64,000 nucleotides of DNA from the human T2T-CHM13v2.0 reference genome, Homo sapiens: assembly GCF_009914755.1 (NCBI RefSeq), contig NC_060931.1; one strand, 5' to 3'. Below the pieces are notes generated by a model. The model made no database searches, had not been told where the DNA came from, and saw only the letters and a list, made by a program, of their open reading frames with translations. Within the stretch, counting starts at the first letter, position 1. Every line of letters begins with the position of its first letter. Made by a program: the position numbers and the translations under genes. Shown here piece by piece: positions 1 through 12,867 of this stretch.

Positions 1-319
1 GAAGATTGTAATGTAAATACCAGCAAGCAAATTGCAGAAGAACATCAGACTTTGAAGCCATTAAACGGTAAATGAGTTTACCATTCTCTTTCTCCTTCTT
101 TCTGCCCCTCTCTTTCTATCTCTTTCTGTCTATAATATCTCCCACCTGAACTCAACACAGCCTGAAACTCAGAGGTGAGCACTGTGGCACAGAGTTTCAG
201 AGAAGACCTCCTGTTCTGGCTCAGGATTGACAGAGACAACTCAACACTCAAAGGAGTGCAGAAAATCAGTGAAATTAATATGGTTATTTGAAATAATAAA
301 TAAAGTCTTTTTTTTCTAA

Positions 320-1020
320 CAGAGAGGAGAAGACACATTACTAATATCAGGAATGAAAGTATAATGTCACTACAGACAAAGCAGACATTGAAAGACCCAT
401 CACACTCAATGTATGGGCCACCTACTTATTTTCCTCTTTCATACATTTAATGCTTTACTTTTGCTGACTCAGCTTCAAGTAATAAGAACACTGTGAGCCC
501 CTCTGCACATATAAATTTGGCAACTTTGATAAAATGAACCAGTTTCTCAAAAAAACACAAACTTGGCCGGGCATGGTGGTTCTCACCTGTAATCCCGGCA
601 CTCTGGGGAGCAGAGGTGGGTGGATCACTTGAGCCCAGGAGTTGGATAACAGCCTGGCCAACATGATGAAACCCCATCTCTACTAAAAATACAAAAATTA
701 GCCTGACATGGTGGTGTGCACCTGTAGTCCCAGATACTTAGGAGGCTGAGACAAGGGATTCACTTGAACCCGGGAATTGGAGATTGCAGTGAGCCAAGAT
801 CACGCCACTGCACTCTAGCCTGGGCAACAGTGAGTGAGACTTTGTCTAAAAAATAAAAAACCCCCAAAACTACCAAATTTACTCAAGTTATATCAAATTA
901 CAAATGTTTTCTCTGTTAAAGACACTATTTAGGGAATAAAAAGACAAGCTATAGAGTTGGAGGAAATATTTGCCAGTCACATATCTGATGAAGTACTTTA
1001 TTTGTATCCGGAATGTGTAA
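320..1020 (+). mobile_element. Old L1M LINE-1 ORF2 fragments, interrupted by an Alu
   Basis: L1 ORF2-like stretches 'attactaatatcaggaatgaaag', 'aactttgataaaatgaaccagtttctc' and 'aaatatttgccagtcacatatctgatgaag'; edges approximate. Confidence 0.7.
565..860 (+). mobile_element. Alu SINE (AluJ or old AluS)
   Basis: Starts ggccgggcatggtgg; two monomers with linker tactaaaaatacaaaaattagc; A-rich tail. Confidence 0.97.
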
Positions 1021-2344
1021 TTAAAATCCATCGTTGTTCCTGTAATTATTTTGTCTTTAATATTGATCATCTGCATATACTAAGCAGAAAAAGGCAGCAC
1101 TATTATCTAACAGGGATTCTCCCTGCATGCCTTTTCTCCCTGGGGATTATAGGTTGCTATGTGGACTCTCCTTTTCCTCCAATAGCATGTGGTGCTTAGT
1201 GAGATACATTCATCCCTAACATGGAATTTTTAGAATGGATTACCATGAATAAAACGAAGCAAAATTGGTAAGGACACAAAAGAAGAAGCACCTACCAGTC
1301 AATTTCCAGCAGTCTTAAAAAGAGAAATAAGAGATAGCGGTATGTTTTCCTTTCAACATTTGACCTGTAGCCTGATCATTCTGAATTTCCCTTGTTGTTT
1401 ATTTTTGTGAATCATTCATGAATCTATAGAAATTTATCTTGAGTATTCTTTTTATGTTAAATATAACTAGTGACTTAAAATGCACCACCAGATGACTTTA
1501 ACAAATTCCTATTATCTGATGACCATTGTTAGGGGGGAGAAAGGGGAGACGATCTTTGCTTATAATGATGAAAACTGTGCTTTGCAAAGCACAGTTTCTG
1601 TGACTTTAGCAGCAGACAAAACTCAAATTGGATGTGAATGCATAGGTGGATGGATGTTCAAATGACAAGGCAGAGTGTAGGAAGATAAATGACCCAAGGC
1701 TACAGCCATGGTAATGTTTAAAAACAACTCAAAATCTGCCTCAGGAAAAAACCACCAGTCTCTCTGATGGCAAGCACATTTCAAGACTTATGCCAGCCTA
1801 CTGTATTTCAATGTTGATATGCCCTTTTTCAGATGCATGAGCTGATGTAAGGTAAATGTTACTGTTTTACAGAAGATAAATGACAGAGGAAAAAAATCAC
1901 ATCAATGGAAAAAACACCTGACCCTTAGTCCTAATTCTTCTTAACATCAGAAACTTTAATTTATTTGGTGGGGTCTTGCTCTGTAATATATGAATTCTGG
2001 GAAAATGTTTTATATTTATTTATCCTGATTTGCTAGGAAAAGTTCTTGGTACCTTTATTCTAATTTAATTTTCAATATGTCCTATTCACCCTCAAAAATG
2101 CCCTATTTGGGGCAATTAATTACAACATTACCCTATGAACTCATCGTGGTCTAATCTTATGAAGGTTTTGACCAGGATTCTTCAAAAATGCTGCCTCTAG
2201 ACTTCAAGAGCATAAACAATCTATCTCCACCTCCAAGACAGCATACTTCCTAGTTATCGGGAACTGCAATAGCTGCCACCAGCAGAGTCGATCTCACTGA
2301 CTCACAGTAATTAAAAAGCATGTCCTTTTAAGGCGAATGCCAGG

Positions 2345-2530
2345 ACTTAGGACCTCACTTTGTCACTCACCTGCTGTATAACCTCGGACAAGTTATTAAC
2401 ATCTATCTATCTCATTCTCCTGATCTGCAAAAGGGAATAATAACAGAACCTGCCTTGTGAGATTGCTGTGAAGATTAAATGAGTTAACATATGTAAAGCA
2501 CTTTAAAAAGATTGGTGCATATTAAGCAGA
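2345..2530 (+). mobile_element. MIR SINE
   Basis: MIR core 'acctcggacaagttattaac...atctgcaaaagggaataataacag...gtgaagattaaatgagttaacatatgtaaagcact'. Confidence 0.85.
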
Positions 2531-3884
2531 ATATTTAAGTGATCTTACCTTAAATTAAATCCTCTTACTTAGCCTTATCATATTGAGACAGACTTTCGGC
2601 ATCTTTCCTTTTTCTTCACATCATCATGAAAACATAATTACTATAAACCATAGTTACTAACTTGCTGCAGATTTTCCACTGCACATTCAATCCATGGGCC
2701 ACCTACTCATTTTCCTCTCTCTTACATTCAATTACTTTTTCTGACTCGGCTTCATATTTTCTCTTTATTTACTTGTTTTTCTATGTATTTTATGTATATC
2801 TAATACACCTCTGTGTTTTTCTAGGCATTGCAATAATAATTGGATATCTTCTGGATGTTACTCTTAAAGGTCAAAATATTTTGTGTCTTAACACAATAAA
2901 ATGTGACAGAATTGACTGATAGGAAACACCTTCACATTCCTAAGTTTATTAAGCAGTTTTGATACATAATACCATATATGAATTTCACAAAATTGTGTTG
3001 TTTTCATAAGGAAACAGAAATAAGACAAATATGTGGAGTATGCCAGTACAGATTTTAGCTAAATAGAAGAAAGATATTTCTAGGAGTCAAAAGTTTTAAA
3101 GATGTTCTGATCTTATAAGCAACAAATTTCCTAGCATGGGATGTACTCAAATCCTTGGTGGGAGTGGATGGATAGCAATAATAGGCTAGGTGGTTGGGCC
3201 AATCAATAATTTTTAAGTTATTTTTCCTATGAGATTTTTACATTTTCAAATGCAAATAAATAGGATTTTGGAAATATTTTTAACTAGGGAAATTTGTGGT
3301 TATGTATTTTGCACAATGAAGACCATTATTTCAATTGAAAGTTACCTACTTTTAAAATCAATTCTTTAAATTCATCTTTTGAATTTCAGCTTCCGCAGAT
3401 AGAATTTGAACTGTACATCTTCATTTTAAGCACAACAGTAAACTTATATTCTTTGATTTCTGTCTTCTGCTTTCCCAGAAAGTAAGGTTTAATCAGAATG
3501 GCATTAAAGGGCACAGTTCTGCTTTGATTTTATATAATCATTCTCTTCTTTATATACATAACTTGAAGGGATGTGCTAATTATTGATGAGCTGAAGAGGA
3601 GAATAAATGATTATTTTGAATTGTAGTGGTCCAAAGACCAAGGGTAAGGCAAAGGTATTAGTTAATGTCCTTTCATGAGTCATACTGAGTAGCCTTTTAC
3701 TCTGAAAGATGTAAGGATCAGGGGCATTTGTATCTGTGTAGAAAACCTCAATAGTGACAGTCTGAATCCAACTGTCTGCTCCTGGAATCACTTCTCAAAT
3801 TGGGTGCTCTACAGTGTAAAAGTAACTGGGTCCAAGTTACATAAACTTGACTCTCTGTGTTTATAGGTTTCAGCTATTGCAGGA

Positions 3885-4296
3885 TGTGTTAGGCTGTTCT
3901 TGCATTTTTATAAAGAAATGCTTGAGACTAGATAATTTATAAAGAAAATAGGTTTAATTGGCTCACACTTCTGCAAGCTTTACAAGAAACATGGTGCTGG
4001 CATCTGCTCAGCTTCTGGGGGGAACTCAAGAAGCTTACAATCATGGCAGAAGGCAAAAGGGGAGCAGGCGTGCCACATGGTGAAAGCAGGAGCAAGAGAG
4101 TGACTGTGGAGGGGAGGTCCCACACACTTTTAAATGATCAGATCTCTTGAGAACTCACTATCACAAAGAGAGCGGAAGGGATGCCATGAGGGATCCGCCC
4201 CCATGATCCAAACACCTCCCACCAGGCCCAGCTCCAGTAATGGGGATTACAATTCAACATGAGATTTGGTCAGGGGCAAATATACAGACCATATCA
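3885..4296 (-). mobile_element. MaLR solo LTR, MSTA-like
   Basis: Reverse complement starts tgatatggtc; contains MST/THE1 motifs 'cttacaatcatggcagaaggc' and 'ggggattacaattcaacatgagatttgg'. Confidence 0.9.
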
Positions 4297-5242
4297 CGGG
4301 TACTGTCATGATTCATGAGTGTTTCCTTGTTCTCTTTTACTCTTTACATGCCCTATATGTGTTAAGGGATGGAAAACAGAATCAAGTTTGATAAACTCAA
4401 AAGACAGTGTCTCTTCAAAACAAAACAAAACCAACAAAACAAAACCCTTTTTCACTATGTGTCACAATTTTTGAAACATACCAAAAGACTTTTCCAGAAT
4501 CAAAAAAAAGGAAACATGATAAGCTATGGATTTATTCCTGACCAATGGATGCTACCTCAATGGGCCAAGAAAGCAGAAGGAAAGAGGCAGTTGAAAGATA
4601 ATCAGGCAAACACATTTACATAACTGACCTATCTGAGAAGTGCTCTGGGGAAGATGGGCAAAGCAGTTGACACAGAGCCTTGAAATGAATGGCCCAGTTG
4701 TTGCAGGGGCAGAGGGCACAGATGGGGCCCTATGAGATATGCATAATAAATTGTGTTAAATTATATGAAAAACTAAGCATAATCAATCACCATTCTTGAA
4801 AAAAAAATTCAGTGATGATGATTACAAATTAGTAATCCACATATGTTCAGCTCAGATCTCTTTACTGAGGTGCAGTCGCATAAATCAATCTTCAATTACA
4901 AATCTCCACCTGAATGCTCCATAAGCATGTTCCCATGTCCATGTTGCTCCTCAGTCTCTTTCTCCCCACCTCGCCCACTCCATTCCAAACCTTTCTTCTT
5001 TTTCTACCATTGGCGGATCCTCTCAAACCTTTCATCCAAGCAAGAGGTCTGGGCATCATTTTCCAGCCCTTCTTTTTAAAGCTTAAAGCTTATTCTTCTA
5101 TAACCAATAAGCAAATAAGCCCTGTTAATGCCACTGCAGTTTTTCCACTCGTTGTCTATCAACATTTCTGTTGCCTCAGTTCAGATCCATGACATCGTCT
5201 CTCATTGCAATTCAGCTCTACCTCCCACCTTCAAAAAATAGC

Positions 5243-5570
<328 letters not shown>

Positions 5571-5709
5571 TAAATGAGAAGGTGATTGCATTATTTCCAT
5601 TCTTTGCATTCTTTAGTGACTCTATTTACCCAAAGAGACACAGTCAACATTTTTAAGAATGACATTCAATGCCCTCTACTTTCCTACCTTACCTACTGCC
5701 AGGTCCCAA

Positions 5710-6310
5710 AGATACAGTAGTTAAGAAGAAATTACTCAGGCAGATAGTGAGGGCAGGAAGTCCTCAGTAAGGTTTTCCTTTTAATGAAAAGCCGCCCCAA
5801 ATTATTTTCCTTTCTAACAAAGAGCAGCCTGTAAAATCGAGCTGCAGAACATAGATGCTGACAGTTATGCCAATCATGTTCAAGATGGCGGCTCTATCTT
5901 CCCTTCTCTTTCTTTGTCAGCCACGTATATAAAAAGGAGCAGACAAGATGGCCTGGTCAACTGGAAAGCCCATTTGCATAATAAGATTAGGGTAGGGTCC
6001 TCAGCCTTCCCTGCGCATCATGTAAACGTCATACCTGATCGAATCAATCTGTGAGCCATATGTCAATCAGACACCGCCTCCCCAAGCCAGACTAAAAAAT
6101 CCAGCACATTCACAGCCAGCCAGTCTTTTTCCTCTCGGAAGTCCCCACTCTCTCACTAGAGAGAGAACTGTTTTCCTTTCTCTTTTTTTCTCTTTCTTTC
6201 GACTATTAAACCTCCACTCCTAAACTCCTAGTGTGTGTCCCTGTCCTAAATTTTCCTGGCGCGAGGCGATGAACCCTCCGGTTTGTACCCCAGACAACGT
6301 AGCCACTTCA
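5710..6310 (+). mobile_element. ERV1 solo LTR, LTR9 family
   Basis: Matches recalled LTR9 consensus 'gatacag.agttaagaagaaattact..ggcagatag' through 'ccccagacaacgtagccacttca'; flanks ccaa/ccat fit a 4-bp duplication with one mismatch. Confidence 0.85.
5881..5985 (+). promoter_or_regulatory. YY1 motif and Oct-Sox-like composite motif within LTR9
   Basis: CAAGATGGCGGC at 5881-5892; ATTTGCATAATAAG at 5972-5985. Motif match only, binding not shown. Confidence 0.55.
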
Positions 6311-6793
6311 CCATCATGCATGGCCCAGGGCTTCTGTCTTAGAGCAAATAGTCTGTTTCTAAACATTCTATGCTGCTTCCCCCTCTGTGCTTTGATGAAG
6401 CGTCATTTCTTTTGTGTTTTGTGTGCTCTTCTCATCCTTCATCCTCTATAAACTCTCCCCTAACTTGGGTAGCTTAAAGCAGGCTGTCTATTCACACCCC
6501 CATCGCGCTGCTATGACTGTGAGTACACTTGATAAGATGTTATTTGTTTATGTGTCCATCTTTCTATTTGTCTATAAGCTTTTTGAAAGGTGGGAGGATG
6601 TCTCACTCATATATCAAGCCCTAGCTCCTGGTACAGAATTTAATATATCAAGGAGCTTTAATAATGGACTGGACAATTAAGTTGATGAATAGATTATTAT
6701 ACTTTAAGTAGCTTTGAGTAACGATTTTGTTTCTGGCTGCATTTCTGAGTGGAAAAGAATCTGTAACCACACTGAGAGTCACCTCTTTCATAG

Positions 6794-6890
6794 GCGCCTT
6801 GCGTGGGAGAGACGAAGGAGCGGAGATGCCCAGTACAGTCGGCGTCCTCCTCAGTGTGTGGAAACCCGCAGTGCTCTGTGGGAGGCACAG
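6794..6890 (+). other. Candidate spliced exon (97 bp), probably non-coding
   Basis: Acceptor cacctctttcatag|G, donor CAG|gtgggt, seven CpGs between 6795 and 6868 in apparently unique sequence. Confidence 0.4.
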
Positions 6891-7494
6891 GTGGGTCCAG
6901 CTTGACATTTGCAACTCAGGAGAGATGACGAGGAGAAAAACTATTAATAGGCCCAATGTGTATAATGAACTGATTAATAGTAGGATGTCCAAAATGTCTT
7001 CATCCACAGAATGGTGGGCATGTTGCTTTTTGACTGGTTCCTTGGGGATTATTTGTTGGGAAATAGATGAGAATTCTTGGTCTACCATACCCAGGAGACT
7101 CTCAGATGAAGAGAACCCCTTCCAAGACATTGTCAACATTCAGCAGACACGACAGAGATAGCCCCACTGCAGTTTGGAGATATGACCAGAAAGAAATATC
7201 TCCAAAGATAATTGTATGTGCTTTTTTAGAAAAAAAAAAAAAACTTCTATCTTTGTGTGTTTGAAACTGGATGATAAAATTTTAATTAATTTTTGTCAAA
7301 ACATAAGTACCCTGTATATTTTTATCATAGATCAAAGTATTGATAAAAATGCAGAAATTAGATACCCGATCTCATCTTTTAATAAAGTACTCATGACCAA
7401 ATATCAGAATTAGGCACCTATCATCCATTTATATATCTATTCACTGGTGAATTGGCATAAAACAAAAAGAACATTGGCATAGTTTTGTTTTTCT

Positions 7495-7650
7495 GTCTCT
7501 GACATTTACTAATCCTTTAATCACACAACATTTGTTCAACTTCTCAGAGTATATTTCCTCACCACGAGAGATTGAGGATTAACCTGATGAGTGGATCTAT
7601 AAGTAGCACAATCCAGTTCCTGGATTATATCAGAAAGTCAATAAATGGCA
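7495..7650 (+). mobile_element. MIR SINE, degenerate
   Basis: 'ttcaacttctcagagtatatttcctcac' and 3' end 'gtcaataaatggca'. Confidence 0.55.
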
Positions 7651-10600
7651 TTTCTTGGTGTATTATTTTCATTTTTCTTCTTTTCATTTAATGAATGACT
7701 TTTTAAGAGCCATAGGCTACACACTTCAGGAGTTTAAAGACAATTCATCCATGTCTACTATCCTGGAAGAGTCCGGAGTCCCAGGGTAACAAGTGGACGT
7801 GCCAACAGAAAGGTGTGATGATGGAAGCTATACAGGTAGACTGGACACAGTGCAGTGACATCTCCACTAATTTTCTTTTTAAAGAAGAAAATACTTAACT
7901 TGTGAACAAAAAAGGAAAAGTTCCATGCCAGAGGGACAGGTCAGAGGAAGATCATGGTACACTGGAATAAAAGCAGTTCAGTACAGTGAATTTCTAAAAC
8001 CCAAACCAAGGTGGGGAGGGACAGACAGGTGCAGGCAAGTCATGGAGGCCTGCATAGCCATCCCAGGAGAGCAGGCCCATGAACTCACAATACTTTTTAT
8101 TGAGGAAATCATTTTGATAGGAATCTTTTCAAACATATTTTCCCCAACATATTTTTTATTTATTCATTAAAAAATTTAAACCATTTTATTTAGTGACTAT
8201 TTTTACTTAAAATTATGCATTCATACAATAATCTATTATGTGATTTATAGAAATAAAACAAAATGGAATTTGTCTAAAAGGCAAAGTGAACAATATTTCA
8301 ATATACTCTTAAATATATTATGCTTGCTAATTGTACAAAATCCATTAGTATTATTAGCATTATTATATTCTGTCACAGCATGATTGAACATATCAAACTT
8401 TAAAATCTTGCTGTAACACTTTGTAATGTAGCAAATTGAAGGTTTCATTCTAAGTTTGCTTTATTTCATTGATTAAAATTAGTGGCTGTCACATCTAAAG
8501 AAGAAACCTCACAATAATATGCAGCTATATGTGGAAGACATACGTGGTTGACTCTGTGTATTACCATATTTATACTTTAAGATGTACATCATTATTTGTT
8601 TCTATATTTTAACACCTTTAAAATTGGTACATGCCTTTCACTTTGCTATTTAATTCAATTAAGTGTAATATTCCAAAGACATATCATCTCATTCACCAAT
8701 TACACAAGCTTTTGATAAAATTTAGCTAGTAAATTATCACTATTCTGACATTACTTCATTGCAACCTAGGCAAAATGGTTTATTTTTAGTAGCTTTGTCA
8801 ACTTTTATTTTACATTCAAAAGTTACATGTGAAGGTTTATGCAAGGGTATATTGCATGATGCTGAGGTTTGGGATACGATTGAACCTGTTATCCAGGTAG
8901 TGAGCACAGTATTCCTCAGCTAGTTTTTCAACCCTTGCTCTCTCTCTCCTTCCCTCCACCCCTTGTATTCCCAGTGTCTATTGTTATTATCTTTTTGTCC
9001 ATGAGTACCCAGTGTTTAGCTCCCACTTATAAGTGAGAACATGTGGTTACATGGTTTTCTGTTTCTGTGCTAATTTGCTTAGAATAATGACTTCCAGCTG
9101 CATCCATGTTGCTGCAAAGAACATGATTTCATTTTTTATGGCTGCATAGTATTCCATGGTATATATGTACACATTTTCTTTATCCTATCCACTGTTGATG
9201 GTAATGGGATTGCTGAGTCTTGTGGTAGTTCTACTTTTAGTTCTTTGAGAAATCTCTAAGCTGCTTTCCACAGTAGCTGAACTAGTTTACATTCCCACTA
9301 AGAGTGTATAAGTGTTCCCTTTTCTCCACAGCCACACCAACATCTGTTGTTTTTTGGCTTTTTAACAGTAATAATTCTGATTGGTGTGGGATGGTATCTC
9401 ATTGTGGTTTTGATTTGCATTTCTCTAATGATTAGTGATGGCGAGCATTTTTTCATACACTTGTTGGCTACATGTATGTCTTCTTTTGAGAAATGTCTGT
9501 TCGCGTTCCTTACCCACTTTTTGATGGGTTTGTTTATTACTTATTCACTTGTTTATATTCCTTATAGTTCCTGAATATTAGATATTTGTTGGATACATAG
9601 TTTGCAAATATTTTCTCTCATTCTGTAGGTTGTCTCTTTACTCTGTTGATAGTTTCCGTTGCTGTGCAGAAGTTCTTTAGTTTAATTAGGTCCCAGTTGT
9701 TTTTTGTTCAGTTTTTGTTGCATGTAGTTGTTTTTGAGGACTTAGCCATAAATTCTTTGCTAAGGACAATGTAGAAAAGGGTATTTCCTAGGTTTTCTAT
9801 AATTTTTATAGTTTGATGTCTTACATTTAAGTCTTTATTTAGTTCATCTTGAATGAATTTTTGTATATTATGATAGATAAGGGTTCAGTTTCACTCTTCT
9901 GCACATGACTAGCCAGTTATCCCAGCAACATTTATTGAATAGAAAATCTTTTTCCCATTGTTTATTTTTGTTGACTTTGTTGAAGATCTAATATTTGTAG
10001 GTGTGTAGCTTTATTTCTGGGTTCTCTGTTCTGTTCCATTGGTCTACATGTCTGTTTTTGTACTAGTACCATGATAATTTGGTTAGTGTAGCTTTGTAGT
10101 ATATTTTGAAGTTAGGTAATGTGATGCCTCCAGTTTTCTTCTTTTTGCTTAGTTTTGCTTTGGCTATTTGGGCTCTTTTTGATTCCATATGAATTTTAGA
10201 ATAGTCTTTCTAATACTGTGAAAAATGATATTGGTAGTTTGATAGGAATAGCATTGAATCTGTACATTGCTTTGGATAGTATGTACATTTTAACATATTG
10301 ATTTTTCTAATACATAAGCATGGAATATTTTTCTGTTTGTATCCTCTATTATTTCTTTCAGCATTGTTTTGTAGTTCTCCTTTTAGAGCTGTTTCTCTTC
10401 CTGGTTATATGATTCCTAGGTGGCTTATTTTTTGGTGACTATTATAAATCAGAGTGCATTCTTGATTTGGCTCTCAGCTTGAATGTTATTGTTGTATAGA
10501 AATGCTACTGATTTTTGTACATTGATTTTGTATCCAGAAACATAGTGAAGTCGTTTATCAGTTCTAGGAGATTTTTGGCAGAGTCTTTAGGTTTTTTTTT

Positions 10601-10941
10601 TTTTTTTTTGGTATAAAATTGTATCATCGGTGAGGAGAGATAGTTTGATTTTTACTTTTTATATTTGGATGGCTTTTATTTCTTTCTCTTGCTGGTTGCT
10701 CTGAGTACGACTTCCAGTACTATGTTGAATGAGAGTGAAAATAGTGGGTATACTTGTCTCATTCCAGTTCTCAAGGGAAATGATTTCAGCATTTTCCTGT
10801 TCAGTATGATGTTGGCTGTCGGTTTGTCACAGATGGCTCTTAATATTTTGATATGTTCTTTTGACCTCTAGTTTTTTCAGGGTTTTTATCATGAAGGGAT
10901 GCTGAATTTTATGGAAAGCTTTTTTATATCTATTTAGATGA

Positions 10942-11313
<372 letters not shown>

Positions 11314-12555
11314 AATTTGTGTATGCTGAACCATCTCTGCATTCCAGGAATAAGGCCTACTTGATTATAGTGAATTAAATTTTTGATGTGCTTCTGGATT
11401 CAGTTTACTTGTGCTTTCTTGAGGATTTTTACATCTATGTTCATCAAGGATATCACCCTGAAGTTTTCCTTTTTCATTATGTCTGCCAGGTTTTGGCATC
11501 AGGATGATATTAACTTCATGAAATGAATTAGAGAGGAATTCCTCTTCCTCGATTTTTTGAAATAGTTTCAATAGGATTGATCTTTGTATGTCTGGTAGAA
11601 TTCAGCTTTGAATCTATCTGGTCGAGGACTTTTTTAGTTGGTAGTGTTTTTATGTTACTGATTCAATTTTAGAACTCATTATTGGTCTTTTCAGGGTTTC
11701 AATTTCTTCCTAGTTCAATTTGAGAGTTTGTGTGTTTCCAGGAATTTATCCACTTACTGTAGATTTTCTAGTTGGTGTTCATAGAGTTGTTCATGATAGA
11801 CTCTGAGGATCTTTTGTATATCTGTGGGTCAGTTGTAATATCACCTTTGTCATTCCTGTTTGTGCTTATTTGGATATTTTCTCTTTTTTTCTTTGCTAAT
11901 ATACCTAGCAGTCTATCAATCTTGTTTATCCTTTAAGGAACAAGCTTTTTATTTTGTTGATTTTTTGTATGGATTTTTGGGTCTCAATTTCATTCAGTTC
12001 TGCTCTGATTTTAGTTATTTATTTTCTTCTGCTGGCTTTGGGATTAGTTTGTTCTTGTTTTTCTAGCTCTTCTAGGTGTGATGTTGGATGTTAATTTGAG
12101 ATTGTTTTCACTTCTTGATGCAGTCATTTAACACTATAAACTTTCCTCTTATCGCTGCTTTTGCAGCACTTTAGGGGTTTTGGAATGTTCTGTGTCAGTT
12201 TTCATTAATTTCAAGGAATTTTTAAAATTTCTACCTTAACGTTACTGTTTACCCAAAAGTCATTTGGAAATAGGTTGTTTAATTTCCATGTAATTTTGTG
12301 GTTTTGAGATATCTTCTAGGTATTGATTTCTATTTGTATTTCACTGTGTTATGAAAGTATGCTTGGAATAATTTTGATTTTTTTGAATTTATTGACACTT
12401 TGCTTTATGGCCAAGCATATGATCAATCTTAGGGTATGCTTCATGTGCAAATGAGAAGAATGAATATTCTGTGGTTGTTGCATGGAGCATTCTATGGATG
12501 TCTATTATGTCTAGTTGATCAAGTGTCAAATTTAAAGCCAGAATATTTTTATTAA

Positions 12556-12867
<312 letters not shown>

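Noticed and set aside
447-677. Alu-derived ORFs here and at 10942-11378, 12580-12870, 19009-19389, 30983-31369, 34285-34485, 42577-42807, 44143-44505, 45472-45729 and 54947-55192
   Set aside because: The peptides (e.g. [26 protein letters not shown]) are standard translations of Alu sequence, not genes.
11365-11571. ORF resembling L1 ORF2p (KLFQKIEEE...[15 protein letters not shown])
   Set aside because: A frameshifted fragment of the dead L1 reverse transcriptase region, already covered by the L1 feature.
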